Shown in pieces: positions 27,830-40,665 of a stretch of 64,000 nucleotides of DNA (the first letter of the stretch is position 1; each line of letters begins with the position of its first letter). The position numbers were made by a program, and so were the translations under genes. The notes beneath the pieces were generated by a model. The model made no database searches and was not told the origin of the DNA. It was given only the letters and a program-made list of their open reading frames with translations. The stretch is from the human T2T-CHM13v2.0 reference genome, Homo sapiens. The DNA is taken from the NCBI RefSeq assembly GCF_009914755.1, contig NC_060928.1; one strand, written 5' to 3'.

Positions 27830-28310
27830 TGTGTTTTGTAGAAACGTAGAACCTGAGAAAACAACTGGAATGCGTAAGCTCATTCTGGAGTTTGTTCTGA
27901 AGAAGTAAGGTGCATATGATGGAACAGGAAGAATGAAAAATGCAACGAAGAAAATAAAATGCAACTTAATTATTAAAAGTGTTACTGCTGGGGCAACTGG
28001 GTCTCTTCCAACATGCTCTGATAAAACTGTGTCTTAGAATCCTTCTTCTGAAGGATGAGCACCCAAGGCAATTATCCATGACTTCCATGTCTTTCAGGTG
28101 AGGATGTCCTAGCGTTTGAATTCCCATTGCTAATTTGCAGAGGCTGAAAAGAGATTCTGACAAAATCCCTGGGCATAAAAGCTGAAAGATAAAACATGGA
28201 AGGTGCTTGAGAAGGGACACTACTTCTATATGTAAATCCTGTTAACCAGAACTGCAAAAGTACAGATGAGCCAAGTGAATAAGGCTCAGAGCACCAAAAA
28301 ACTATTGACA
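27830..28310 (-). mobile_element. LTR16-like ERVL solo LTR
   Basis: gttactgctggggcaactggg...cttagaatcc...ggcaattatccatgacttcc...aaatccctgggca. Confidence 0.6.
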
Positions 28311-28634
28311 AACTCTGCCAGTTTTTAAATTTGTGAATTTGGTTATATCTATTATCATCTTTGATTCCAAGGTTTCTCCACTATTACACAGGGACAGTAA
28401 CAGAGATCATATAATCCAATTTCACAACTGGATTTGGGAAGAATCAAAATAAGATGATATATGTGGATATCTCTGGAGTCTGGAAAGTACTAAGATTAAA
28501 TGAATACAGAAAAGTGTAAAGTTATTTTCTTAGTATAAGTTTGAATGTGGGTAATATTTACTTACTATGGTAAGCACACTGGAATGAAACTGTAATGAGA
28601 TCTACATTTAAATCTTATTTCTGCTACCTATAAT

Positions 28635-29080
28635 ATTTATAACAATTTTTGAGATGTGACACATATGCCCAAAACTTTACCCTTTTAAAATGTAAACTCA
28701 TTGGTCTTTATTATATTCAGAGTTGGGCAATCACTACCACTAACTAATTTTAGAATATTTCCTTAGCCTTAAATAAATCCAGATACCTGTTATTAATCAC
28801 TCTTCATTTTCCACTCCTCTCGTCTCCTGACAAATGCTACTGTCTATACAGATTTGCTAATTTGAGACCTTTTATAGTAATGTTCTTATATTTGTTTCAT
28901 ATATATATATACATATATATTACATTTTTAAAAATTACATATTATAACATTACAATAGCTACATATTACAATATGTAATGTTTTGACTGGCTTCTTTCAT
29001 TTAGCATAGGCTTTAAAGGTTCATCCACTCTGTGGCATTTATCAGTACTTCCTTTGGTGACCAAATAATGTTTCATTGCA
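28635..29080 (-). mobile_element. L1MB-type 3'UTR
   Basis: ccttttaaaatgtaaactcattgg...tattcagagttgggcaatcactaccact...gactggcttctttcatttagcata. Confidence 0.85.
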
Positions 29081-29433
29081 AAAAAATTTTTCATTTGGAT
29101 TACCTCATTTGTAGGTGTAGAATTTCTCATAGTATTCCATTATAATACACTCTATTTATGTGAGGTCATTAGTGATGTATATTCTTTTATTTCTGATTTT
29201 ATTACTATATTTTCTTCTTTTTTGCCTGGTGTGGCTAAACATTTTCCAATATTTGCAAAGAACCAACTCATTCGTTATTTTATTCTATTTTATTTATTTC
29301 CCCAAATAGATATTACTTATAGTAGCTTTAATTACATTATAAAGTTTATGTAATATATAAATTTATTTCTTCTGCTTATTTTGTTTTTAGTTTGCTTTTT
29401 TCCAAGTTTTATGGTAGAAGATTAGAATATTGG

Positions 29434-31653
29434 CATATTACTTTGTTCCCACATTGCTATAAAGAATTACCTAAGACTGGATAATTCATAAGAAAACGGG
29501 TTTAATTGACTAACAGTTCTTCAGGCTTTTCAAGTAGCATGCCTGGGGAGGCCTCAGGAAACTTACAATTATGAGAGAAGGCAAAAAAGGAGGCACATTT
29601 TACATGGCCAGAGCAGGAGGAAGAGTGAGAGGTGGTATGTGCCAAACCGGAGCTCATGAGTTCTTACTGACTGTCACAAGAACAGCAAAGGGGAAATCTG
29701 CCCCCATGATCCAATCACCTCCCACCAGGCCTCTCCTCCAACACCTGGGATTTCAATTTGACATGATATTTGGGCAGTGACACAGAACCAAACCATATCA
29801 TTCCAGCCCTGCTCCCTTAAAAATCTCATGTCCTTCTCACATTGCAAAATATAATTATCCCTTCTCAATAGTCCCCCAAGTCTTAACTCATTTCAGCATT
29901 AATTCAAAAGTCCATGGTCCAAAGTCTCATCTGAGACAAAGCAAGTCCCTTCCACCTATGAGACTATAAAATGAAAAACAAGTTAGTTACTTCTAAGATA
30001 CAATGGGGGTACAGGCATTGGGTAAATACATCCATTCCAAAAAGGAGCTATCAGCCAAGGCACAGGGATTACAGGACCTATGCAAGTCTGCAACCAGGCA
30101 GGGCAGTCATTAAATATTAAAGCTCCAAAATAGTCTCTTATGACACTATGTTTCACATCCAGGCCACACCGATGCAAGGGGTGAACTCCCAAGACTTTGC
30201 GCATCTCTGTCCCTGTGGCTCTGCAGAATACAGCCCCCTCGGCTGCTTTCAGAGGCTGGCGTTGAATGCCTACAGATTTTCTAGGTGCATGGTGCAAGCT
30301 GTTGGTGGATCTACCATCATGGGATCTGGAGAACAGCCGTCCTCTCCTCACAACTTCACAAGGCAGTGCCCCAGTGGGGACTCTGTGTGGGGGCTCCAAC
30401 TCCACATTTCCCCTCTGAACTATCCTAGCAGAGGTTCTGCATGAGGGCTCTTCCTCTGCAGCAGGCTTCTGCCTGGATGCCTGGACATGCAAGCATTCCC
30501 ATACATTCTCTGAAATCTAGGGGGAGGCTCCCAAGCCTCAACTCTTGCTTTCTGTGTACCCACAGGCTTAACACCACATCAAGCCGTCAATGTGTATACT
30601 TTGCACCCTCTGGTGCAGTGGCCTGAGATGTATCTGGGGCTCTTTTAGCCACAGCTGCAGCTGGATCAGCAACCTTTAGAGACTGTGATCTCCTGGCTGT
30701 GCACAGAGTCTGGTGTGGGGATGGTAGTTTCTCCTTATGAGGCATTTTGGTCACAACAACTTAACAATTCTATAGGAAGTCCAAACTTTCCCTCATCTTC
30801 TTGTCTTCTTTTGAGCCTTCCACGCTGTACTAACCTCTTCCCATTACCTAGTTCCCAAGTCCCTTCCACATTTTCAGGTATCTTTATAGCAATGCCCCAC
30901 TCCTAGTATATTAGTCTGTTTTCATGCTGCTGATAAAGACATACCCAAGACTGGGCAACTTACAAAAGAAACAGGTTTAATTGAACTTACAGTCATGTGG
31001 CTGAGGAAGCCTCACAATCATGATGGGAAGCAAGGAGGAGCAAGTCACATCTTATATGGATGCCAGCAAGAAAAGAGAGCTTGTGCAGGAAAACTCCCCC
31101 TTATAATAACCATCAGATCTCATGAGACTTACTCACTATCACTAGAACAGCACAGGAAAGACCTGCCCTTATGATTCAATTACTTCCCACTTGGTCCCTC
31201 TCACAACACGTGAGAATTCAAGATGAGATTTGGGTGGGGACACAGCCAAATAATATCACCTAGGTACCAATTTTCTGTATTAGTCCGTTCTCACATTGCT
31301 CTAAAGAACTACCTGAGACTGGGTAATTTATAAAGAAAAGAAGTTTAATTGGCTCATGGATCTGCAGGCTGTACAGGAAGCATAACTGGGGAGGCCTCAG
31401 GAAACTTGTAATCATGGAAGAAGGCAAAGAGGAAGGAGGCACATCTTACATGGCTGGAGCAGGAGGATGGGGTGGGGGCAGTGCCACACACTTTTAAACA
31501 ACCAGATCTCACAATAGCTCATTCACTTTTATGAGAGCAGTAAGAGGAAAATCTGACCCCTGATCCAGTCACCTCCTGCCAGGTTTCACCTTCAACACTG
31601 GGGATTCCAATTTGACATGAGATTTGGGCAAGGACACAAATCCAAACATATCT
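29434..31653 (-). mobile_element. MSTA-like MaLR provirus: 3' LTR 29434-29800, shortened internal region, 5' LTR 31276-31653
   Basis: Two similar LTRs (cacattgctataaagaattacctaagactgg / cacattgctctaaagaactacctgagactgg); MaLR-int motifs gatacaatgggggtacaggcattggg and ggtaccaattttc; internal ORF remnant 29983-30492. Confidence 0.93.
30907..31258 (-). mobile_element. THE1C/D-like solo LTR nested in MSTA internal
   Basis: gctgctgataaagacatacccaagactggg...gggacacagccaaataatatca; exact TSD cctag at 30902-30906 and 31259-31263. Confidence 0.93.
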
Positions 31654-33131
31654 ATTAAAATAAGACCATTTTAATATAGACAATTAGAGTTATCGATTTT
31701 CTTTTATGCACACTTTTGACTGCATCCTATAAATTTTGGTATGTTAGGCTTTTCTTTACTTTTTTCTCAAAGAAATTAAAGTTAGAAAAGGAAATTAGAA
31801 GTAATTTCTTTTGTAATATTTTTTTCTGCCACATATTTTAGTTGAATATGTTAATTTCCTTATATTTAATTTTCTTAATTTTTGTTATTGGTTTCTAATT
31901 TCATTCTGTTGTTGCCAGAGAACATTCATTGTATGATTTTAAATTTATTAAAGTTTATATTATGTCAAATATATGTTCTATCATGGAAAATGTACCTTGT
32001 ACAATTAAAAATATGTATTTTATTGTTGTTAAATACAACGTTCTATAGATGTCTATTAGGTCTAGTTGGTTTGTTGGGTTGTTTAAGTTTCCTATTTCTT
32101 TCTCAAACTTCTGTCTTTTAATTCTACCAATTATGCACATAGGATACAAAGTCTCCAACTACTTATTGTTGAATTGTCTATTTCTCCTTTTAGTCAGTTG
32201 TTAGATACACATATATTATAATTGTCATGTCTTTCTGGTGTTTTGGCTCTTTCAGCATTTAAAATGTCTTCTTTACCTCTAGCAACTTCTTTTTAAATAT
32301 ACAATCTATTTAGTTTGATATTTGTATAACCACTCTTGGTCTTTTTTGATTGCCATCTGCATGGAATCCCTGTATCCATCCTTTCACTTTTAAATTATTT
32401 GATCATTTAAATATAAAGTATGTGTTTTTCCACAGAATATGATTGAATCATGTCTTTCTAATGCGTTCTGCCAGCCATTACCTTTTGAAATAATGTTTAA
32501 ATCATTTATAGTTAATATAATTACTGATTATGTAGGACTGATGTATAACATTTTGCTCTTAGTTTTTAATATATTGATGTCTTTTTTGTCTTTCTCCTCT
32601 CTTTCTGGGATTCCCTCATTGCCACATTTTTTGGACTAATACCAACATAATTTCCATAGTCTGCAGACCAATTGCTTTAATGTAACTCTCTTTACTTCTT
32701 TCTCATTTGTGCCTCTACTGTCATACAAATTATAACTTTAAATATTATAAACATCTTAACAGTTTTATCATTTAATTTATGCCAGTGTTTTTAAGAAAGT
32801 AAGATATAAAAGAGTTATAAACAGAAATACGTTTTATTGTCTTTTACATTTACTTACGTAATTATGTTTATTTCTTCATGTGGATGCAATTTACTGTCTA
32901 ATGCACTCTCATTTAAGCCCAAAAGATTTTTGTTACTATTTTACTTTATTAGGCAAGGCTAGCATTTAAATCTTTGTTTTTTAATTATGTTAAAATGTTG
33001 TAATATTCCTTTCAATTTTAAGGAATAATTTTACAAATCTATCATTCCTAGTTGACAGTATCTTCCTTTCAGCACTTTGAATGTGGTATCCACTGTCTTC
33101 TGGCCTCCATAATTTCTAATTAGAAGTCAGC

Positions 33132-33590
33132 AGAATTATTCACAGTAGCGAACACATGGAATCAACCTAGGTGCACATTAATGGTGGAATAGATAAAGAA
33201 AGTGTGGTACATGTACACCATGAAATACTATGCCACCATTAAAAAGAATAAAATCATGCCTTTTGCAGCAACATGGATGCAACCAGAAGCCACTATCCTA
33301 AGCAAATTAATACAGGAGCAGAAACCCCAATACCACACATTATCACTTATAAATGGCAGCTAAACACTGAGTACTTATGAACATAAAGATGGCAAAATAG
33401 ACACTGGGGACTACTAGAGGAGACAGGGAGAGAGTGGGGAAAAGGTTGGAAAACTGCTGGGTGTCATGCTCATAACCTTGGTGACAGAATCTATAATACC
33501 TCAAATCTCGGCATCACACAATATCCCCATGTAACAAACCAGCATCATATGTACCCCTTAGTCTAAAATAAAAGTTGAAATTAAAAAAAT
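33132..33590 (+). mobile_element. L1PA15/16-like 3' end inserted antisense into the host L1
   Basis: catggaatcaacctaggtgc...cataaagatggcaaaatagacactggggactactagagg...aaaataaaagttgaaattaaaaaaa; degenerate TSD ending tcagc. Confidence 0.88.
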
Positions 33591-34045
33591 ATCAGCTGTT
33601 GTTATTATTGAAGATCCCTTGTAATGTAATGAATTATTTCTATCTTGCTACTTTCAATGTTCTCTCTCTTTGGTTTTTCATAGTTTTACTATAATATACC
33701 TTGCTGTGTAGATCTTTGAATTTATCCTACTTGAAGTGTGTTGTACTTCTTGGAAGCATAGGTTAATGTTCTTTATCAAACTTGGAAAGCTTTTGGTCAT
33801 TATTTCTTAAAATATCATTTCTTCCATATTCTTTTTCTCCTCTCTTTCTGGGACCCCCACTATGCACAGGCTGACGTGATTCCTGGTGTCCCATAAGTCT
33901 CTGAGGCTCTATTTAATTTTCCTCTTTCTTTTATTTTTTTTTCCGCAAATAAAACAGGAACATATCAACTGGCTGATCTTCGAGGTCAACAGTTGTTTAT
34001 TCTTATTTCTTAAATCTGCCATTGAGCTCCTCTAATAAATTTTTT

Positions 34046-34331
34046 AAAACGTTATATTTTGCAGTAATTTTAAACATAGACTAGAGTTGCAAAAAATAGT
34101 ACAGTGAGTTCCTGTATATTTTTGTTCAACTTCCACTAAATGCAAAATTTTATATAACCGTAGTACAATTATCAAACTAAAAATTAACTTTGAAACAATA
34201 CTACTAGCTAAACTTTATTTGAATCTGAACTGTTTTTATATTACTGTCTTTATATGTCTGTGGATAAAATCCATAATCTACATTACATTTAAATTCCATG
34301 TTCCTTAGTTTTCTTCAATTTGTAAGTCTCA
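34046..34331 (-). mobile_element. L1MC-type 3' end fragment
   Basis: agttgcaaaaaatagtacagtgagttcctgtata...ataaccgtagtacaattatcaaac...tccttagttttcttcaat. Confidence 0.75.
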
Positions 34332-34636
34332 TTTCCACTGTGTTCCCCACCAAAGCACGGAGTTTATTTCCAGGCAGTGGGTGAGCAGGGCTGAGAACTT
34401 GCCCCAGGCTACAAGGCTCACAGCTGAGAAAGCCAGCCAACTCACAGTGCCTCTGCTGTCCCACAAAGCCTGCAGTGGCAGTCTGCCTCCTTCAAAGGTC
34501 TGTGGATCTCTTGGCTTTCCTGGTACGTTTCTGTGGCAGTTCTTGGAGCAAAAGTTCATGATGTGTCTCCACATACCGCTCTGTCAGTCCAAGTGGGAGC
34601 TGCAAGTTAGTCCTGCCTTCTCTGTGCCATTTTCCC
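34325..34636 (-). mobile_element. Isolated first ~310 nt of an L1PB (L1PBa-type) 5'UTR
   Basis: Minus strand reads gggaaaatggcacagagaaggcaggactaacttgcagctcccacttggactgacagagc...gaacttttgctccaagaac, the L1PB 5' terminus. Confidence 0.8.
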
Positions 34637-36169
34637 AGGCTGTCTCCTCTAGGAAATTTTATTTCTGTTACTTTCCTTCTTATTAGTTATTTATAATCTA
34701 CCACTTTATTGACGTTCTCTATTTAGTAATACATTGTTGGTTACTTCCTTTTTTTCTTTAGACATAGCATTCATTACTTCTCTGAATATATTTATAATAG
34801 CCCATGTAAAGTTTTGTCTATAAGTCTATGTCTGAGCTTTCTAAGTAGAGGTTCTATTAACTGCTTTCCTCCCCTTGCTTATGGGCCATTCTTTCATTTT
34901 TCTTTCCGTGTTTTAAATACTTATTGTGAAAATTGAACGTTTATAACAATATACCATTGCAACTCTGGAAATAAAATTCACTACTCCCCCCAGAATTTGT
35001 TGTTTACTGTTTTGTTTTTCTTTAATTGTTGTTGCTGCTGATGATGTTGGCTTATTCCTGGGCTAATTCTGGTAAGCCTGTATATTATCTGTTATGTATG
35101 TATACTTGTCTGTTTACTTGTTTAACTTAGTGTTCACTTAATGATTACACATATATTTTCTTAGTTGCTTTGAACTATAGTTCTCCTAGTCTTTGTTGAA
35201 TGACACAAAAATGTATTCGTTGGGTCATGTCTTTAATACTGAGAACTTTATAACTTTTTATGAGCCTCCACCTTTTAGCTTCACTTAGCATTGAGTTTAG
35301 CCAGAAGTGAGAGATTAATATGCTTTCAGACCTTTACTAAACATGTGAAGATCTCTACATATGCGCATGTCCTTCTATATCCCCAAAGATATATTGGAGT
35401 TTTTCAAAGCTCCCATGGGCATTTTATTCCCTAGATTTTCCTTTAATATTTTTGTGCAGCCTTTTGTTTGCCCCAGCTGGTATTGCTACCTCAGCTAGCT
35501 GTAATGTTAAACAATTTTTGCTAGTTGTTTTCAATGAATACCTTGGGAATAAATCTTTCCTCACCAACTTAGCTCTAACTCAAGTCAAATTAAGAGAAGC
35601 CCTCCCTATGAATACAGTTTTTTCAACGAGCTGTCAAATAGGAAAATATGGTCAATTTGGGAAAATAGACCTATTAGAGATCTCCAAAACTAATCTAACC
35701 TTCAGTGCAATGCTACTGATTTTCCCAGATATATTATTTCCAAGAAAGCTTATTTTAAATGCTCCAATAGAGCTGAGGATATAAGAATGAAAATGGGGAA
35801 GGTTAAAGCACCACAAAGCTCATTGTTGTTTTTTTTTAAGATTTAGCCCTTCATTTTAATAAACGTTCATAAGATTATTGCAAGCCTTTAGTTAATTTCC
35901 AGAATTCTGAAAAAAAAGTTGTTTTTGACAATTTCTGCCTTTTCTTCATTGCTTTTATGGAGGAGCAAATGTTGAAGGTCTTTTCTGATATTTTTGATAT
36001 GCCTGTCCCCATTGCAACTTATTGTTTTTATGATCTTATGGTTTTCACGTATAATGCTGAAACTCGGTTTATAAAAATTAGAATTGTAGCATTTGCTTTA
36101 TGTTTTTCCATTCCATTATAAATACTTGATATTTTTCTGTGCCATAATACAAACAATAGGTATTATATA

Positions 36170-36360
36170 TTTACACCATATGTTATCTGCTTTGCTGGTT
36201 GATTTATATTTAATATTTTTAATTCTCCAAAAAATACGCAAGTTAGGTATTTTTCACATTATTTATGAGGGAATTTAGACTCATAGAGCATTATGAGTTC
36301 CTTGTCAAAAGCCATAACAAAGGACAAAAACAAGAACAAAAACTCATGAGTAGTTACCTG
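36170..36360 (-). mobile_element. MIR
   Basis: tttaattctcc...gttaggtatttttcacattatttatgagggaatttagactcatagag. Confidence 0.55.
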
Positions 36361-37280
36361 CTTTTTATGACAAGTTACTCTACAAAACATAATGCTAAAG
36401 AAAGTTTGATGATAATTATGATGATAATGATAATCTGTTGTCTTTTCTCTCTACTATAAAAATTATATTAAGACAATAAGCATTACAGTCAGTAAAGCAT
36501 AAATTTTGTACAGTTAATTTTTATATAAATTTAAATCTACAAAGATCTTACGTAATTTGCAAACTATAGGTAAGATATGCAACCTTGTAAAACGTTCACT
36601 AGTGACGAGATGGTGACAGCTTAACTTGGAGCATTGTTATAAATTACATAATGTACAATGCCTACAATTGTGAATAACAACCATATGGGCTTATAGACAC
36701 TTTTTAGAATAGCAGTATATTTACTTTTAACGAAAAGGCTTAAATTGTTACATTTTTGTCCCAGACTGGTGTTCATTTTGCTAAACAAGATAGGCAAATA
36801 GTCTAACTTTTTCTACTTGTAGACAATCAGTATCTCCATTCAGTTCTTGTGGTTTGTTTCATAGCCTGCATTGTTGGAATGATCCGATAATTTTAAAGAA
36901 CTTTGTTTTATTACATTATTCTTGACTTCTGTGTTGCCTTATCAATTGGTCGTTACTTAATTAAGCAATCAAGTAGTTATTAAGTACCTATTTTATGACA
37001 GAGAAAACCTGTAAAAGTACAGAATACTTTTTTTAATCTCATGATAGGTGTTAATACTCTAAAGATGGTAAATATATATATCCTTAAACAAGGTTTTGTT
37101 AAGATAAACCTTTCTCATTCTTTCAGGTTTCCTTTTATAGAACTTTCTTCAGCCAGGTCATGTTCCTGGTTACTTCTTCACTTCCTTATTTCTATTTGTC
37201 AAAGTCTCTCTTAAAACGTTCAACTCATTACACATTAATTTGTGGAGAATGCCACTAAGCAAGAAAAATTAATTCCTCTC

Positions 37281-37678
37281 TGTCTAGTCTGTTGTTTTAT
37301 TGCTTCTAACAAAATATCTGAAACTGGGTCACTTATGCAGAAAATAAATTTATTTCTTACAGTCATGGAGGCTCAGAAATCCGAGGTCAAGGGGCCACAT
37401 TTAGTGAGAACATTCTTAGTGGGGGGACTATGCAGAATCCCAAGGCTGCACAGGACATCACATGCTGAGCATGTCAGCTTATGTCTCTTTTATTATTATT
37501 ACAAAGCCACTAGTCCCATCCCCATGATAATCCATTAATTCATTAACCCATTAATTGATTAATCTCGTAGTCCCTTATGAGTCAATTACCTCTTAAAGGC
37601 CCTGCATCTCAATACTGCCACATTGGGAATTAAGTTTCAACATGAGTTTTGGAGGGGACAAACATTTCAATCAAAACA
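37281..37678 (-). mobile_element. MSTD/MLT1A-like MaLR solo LTR
   Basis: aaatttatttcttacagtcatggaggc...aggtcaaggggccacat...attaagtttcaacatgagttttggaggggacaaac. Confidence 0.85.
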
Positions 37679-37759
37679 CTCTTCAAATACTCTTTTGTTT
37701 ATTTGTTTTGTGACTTTTTATGTTTGAGAGAAGATTTTATTAATGAATCAGATTTTGAA

Positions 37760-37850
37760 CATTTTAAAAGCTCTCAAGTTAGTCTACCTAAGTTAAATCT
37801 AATGTCTGTCACTTACTAGTCCTTTGACCTTGGAGAGGTTACTTTATTGC
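37760..37850 (+). mobile_element. MIR 5' fragment
   Basis: tctgtcacttactagtcctttgaccttggagaggttactt. Confidence 0.6.
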
Positions 37851-38987
37851 TTGAGCAATTATGTAGAGAATGGAACTCAGTGAAGAGAAGAAGGAGGCAA
37901 ATAAACTAGTTATAATATTATGGCAAGAGTCCAAGGAGATAAGACGGGTGACTTAATGAATGTAATGCTTTACTAAGCAGATACTAATGGCCACATTTTC
38001 TGCTAAGTGCAAATGATATCACATTAGATAAGTCATGATCCTTGCATGCATGTAATTCACAGTCTATGGTAGAAGAAAGATACATAAAAACTACCTATAA
38101 GCCAAGCTGTTAGTTGTCATAATATGGGTCCAAGTAAAGTCCTAGAGAACACAAAATTGATTTCATTATTCTATGTGTGTCCTGACCAACACAGTCCAAT
38201 GAGGATATTATTTTCCATTATCTAGGCAATTAACTTCTATTATGCATCCTAAGATTGTATTACCTTTGTTAACCACACCTCACTGATGGCTTAAATTAAG
38301 CAAGGGGAAAGTAGTTGGTTGATTTGTGCCCTTTATATTTGTATTATTTAACTCTGTGATGGCACTGGAAGATTTTTCACTGTATCATTACTTAATATTT
38401 TTGATAAATTTGTAGGGTTAATTTAATGCTTTAGATCACATTTAAGAAACCATCAACATTAATGCATTACTTCTGAAAATTTCTGAAACTCGTCAGACTT
38501 CATTTCAGTAAGCTTCAATATAAAGGGAAGAGTAACCAGAATTTAAAGTCAAACAAACATGAATTTGAATCTCCGTTCTGACATTTATGCATTGTCATAT
38601 ATAATATAGGGTTATTTTTTATTATTTAGCAGTTGGTTTTATTATTATGTTATTTGTATTTGAATGATGGTTACTAGTAGTAGCTTTAAACTTCTATGAT
38701 TTCCAATATTATACAATTGAATTTTTAAAGCATGATTTAAAATAAAAGAGGAAATTTGTCAATTACCATAGAAAATATTTAATATATAGTTTTTGCATGC
38801 TGAATATTTCAAATGGATTTCTGATTGTCAGAAACAAATGTTGATGGGCAAATTCACCTATTGAAAGAACAAATAAACATACTGTAAGTTTAATGTAAAT
38901 TTATTTTGATATTCTAATTGCAAAAGGTAAAAATAAGCAATTCTATGGGAAAAAACATAGGCTGTTGCCACTGTTAATTTTAAGCGT

Positions 38988-39713
38988 TGAGAAAAGATTA
39001 AATCCTTAGCCCTCGCACTGACTGAATGGACACCCTCTTGCCAAGGAGACTGCAAAGAAACCTCCTGATTCTTGAATTCCTGGCCATGGCTGGACAAGAG
39101 GTTAGACATGCCTTGGTATGCCCCTTCCTTATTAACTTTTAACTAGAATTCTTTCCTCAGGAGTAAGCAGAAACCAACACTAGCAAACGAGAAATAAACA
39201 ACTCATTCCTTTATCACCTTCAGCTAAACATATGAGGCCACAACTTCACCCTCCCTCCCTCTTATCAGTTTCCAATGCATCCCTTCCTAAGAACTGAGAA
39301 TCATCTCCAGAAAGTTTCTGTCGAACTCTGGAAGGATGTGAAGCGAAGGTTTTCATGTCCTCTCCTTCACCATTTGTCATCAGAGTGCTGAAATTTCCAC
39401 CCTCAAATAATTCAGACAACACCATTTTTTGAACATGTGACCCATGAAGCTTAAATGTTAACACTCGTGTTTCTCCTTTTATACATATTCATGACTCCTC
39501 CTATAGCTTATTAAATATGTATCTTCAGCCACCTCACTCAGCATAAATTCCTGTTCCCTTCTTTGCCCCTCCCTTGAAAGGCCTTTTTCTGGTTTCTGGA
39601 CTGAGGCTACACTTCCCAGGCTGTCAGAATGGCCACCCTGCAGGCTGCAACACTTTATGAGAAGTAAAGCTCTCCTTTCCAAATTTACGAACCTCTTGAT
39701 TCATCAGTTGACA
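38988..39713 (+). mobile_element. ERV1 MER4-group solo LTR (MER72-like) nested in the MLT2 5' LTR
   Basis: TG...CA ends: tgagaaaagattaaatccttagcc ... aaagctctcctttccaaattt...cagttgaca; 4-bp TSD-like gcgt/gtat. Confidence 0.8.
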
Positions 39714-40526
39714 GTATCAACTTGACAGGTCACAGTGTGCTGTGCCTAGAGTGAAGATTATTTCTGTGTGTATCTGTGAGGATGTTTCCAGATGAGATTA
39801 ACGTTTGAATTAGTGGACTCAGTAAAGTAGTTTCACCTCTCTAATGTGGGTGAACAGCACCAAATCCCTTTAGGTTCTATTTAGGACCTTAATAGAACAA
39901 AAGGCTAAGGAAGGAGAAATCGACTCCATTTTTTTCTGACTCTCTGCTTGAACTAAGACATTTCATCTCATCTTGTCCTGCTCTCAGACTGGGATTTACA
40001 TCTTTGGTTTCATGAATTCCCAGGTTTTTGGACTCACACTGAATTACATCACTGGCTCTCCTGGTTCTCCACTTTGCAGACATCATATCAAGGAAGTCTT
40101 GACCTTCATAATCCAATTTCCATAATAAATAATATCTTATACGCATCTATCCATCCTATTTGTTCCGCTCCTCCAGAAAACCTAATATAGATTTTGTTAC
40201 AGAAAGTGTTTCTAGAGGAATAGAATTTTAAGAATGAGTTTTCTAGATTTTTTAAGGGGTTTCTTGAATTAAATCTCTAATCTGATTAGGTTTGAGGATG
40301 CTAATGACTCTATTTCTATTAATAAAGACAGTATTAATAATTTGTGGTGTGAACTGTTTATAGAGTTATGCAAAATATCTGCATTGGATACTCCCTATCA
40401 ATCACTTATAAGAAGCAAGTAGTTAAGTGACTCTGTATATGATACTTCAAACATGTAGGCAAATTAATAAATATAAAGGCATACGTTGGTAGCTTTTAAT
40501 GTTGCTGGAAAAAGTACGGAAAAGAT

Positions 40527-40665
40527 ACACAAAATAATAAGTATATGAGGTGATGGATTTGTTAAGTAGGTTGAGTTAATGATTTCACAATGTAAACATA
40601 TATTAAACATCACAGTGTACCCCATAAACACAATTATTTATCCCTTAAAAATAAAATTTTAAAAA
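40527..40665 (+). mobile_element. L1MA-type short 3' end inserted in the ERVL leader/gag
   Basis: ataagtatatgaggtgatggatttgttaa...catcacagtgtaccccataaa; TSD-like aaaagat on both sides. Confidence 0.8.

Larger units (their letters stand above)
29095..36005 (-). mobile_element. Ancient L1 (L1M4/L1MB-type) 5'UTR, ORF1 and 5' ORF2, hosting several nested insertions
   Basis: Endonuclease remnant in minus ORF 31955-32158 (NQLDLIDIYRTL); ORF1 reverse at 33060-34040 and 34660-34900; 5' end gcttttatggaggag near 35950. Confidence 0.8.

Noticed and set aside
24465-29430. Joining the two minus-strand L1 ORF2 pieces into one element
   Set aside because: Their ends cover overlapping consensus positions (about 90 nt), so they are more likely separate insertions
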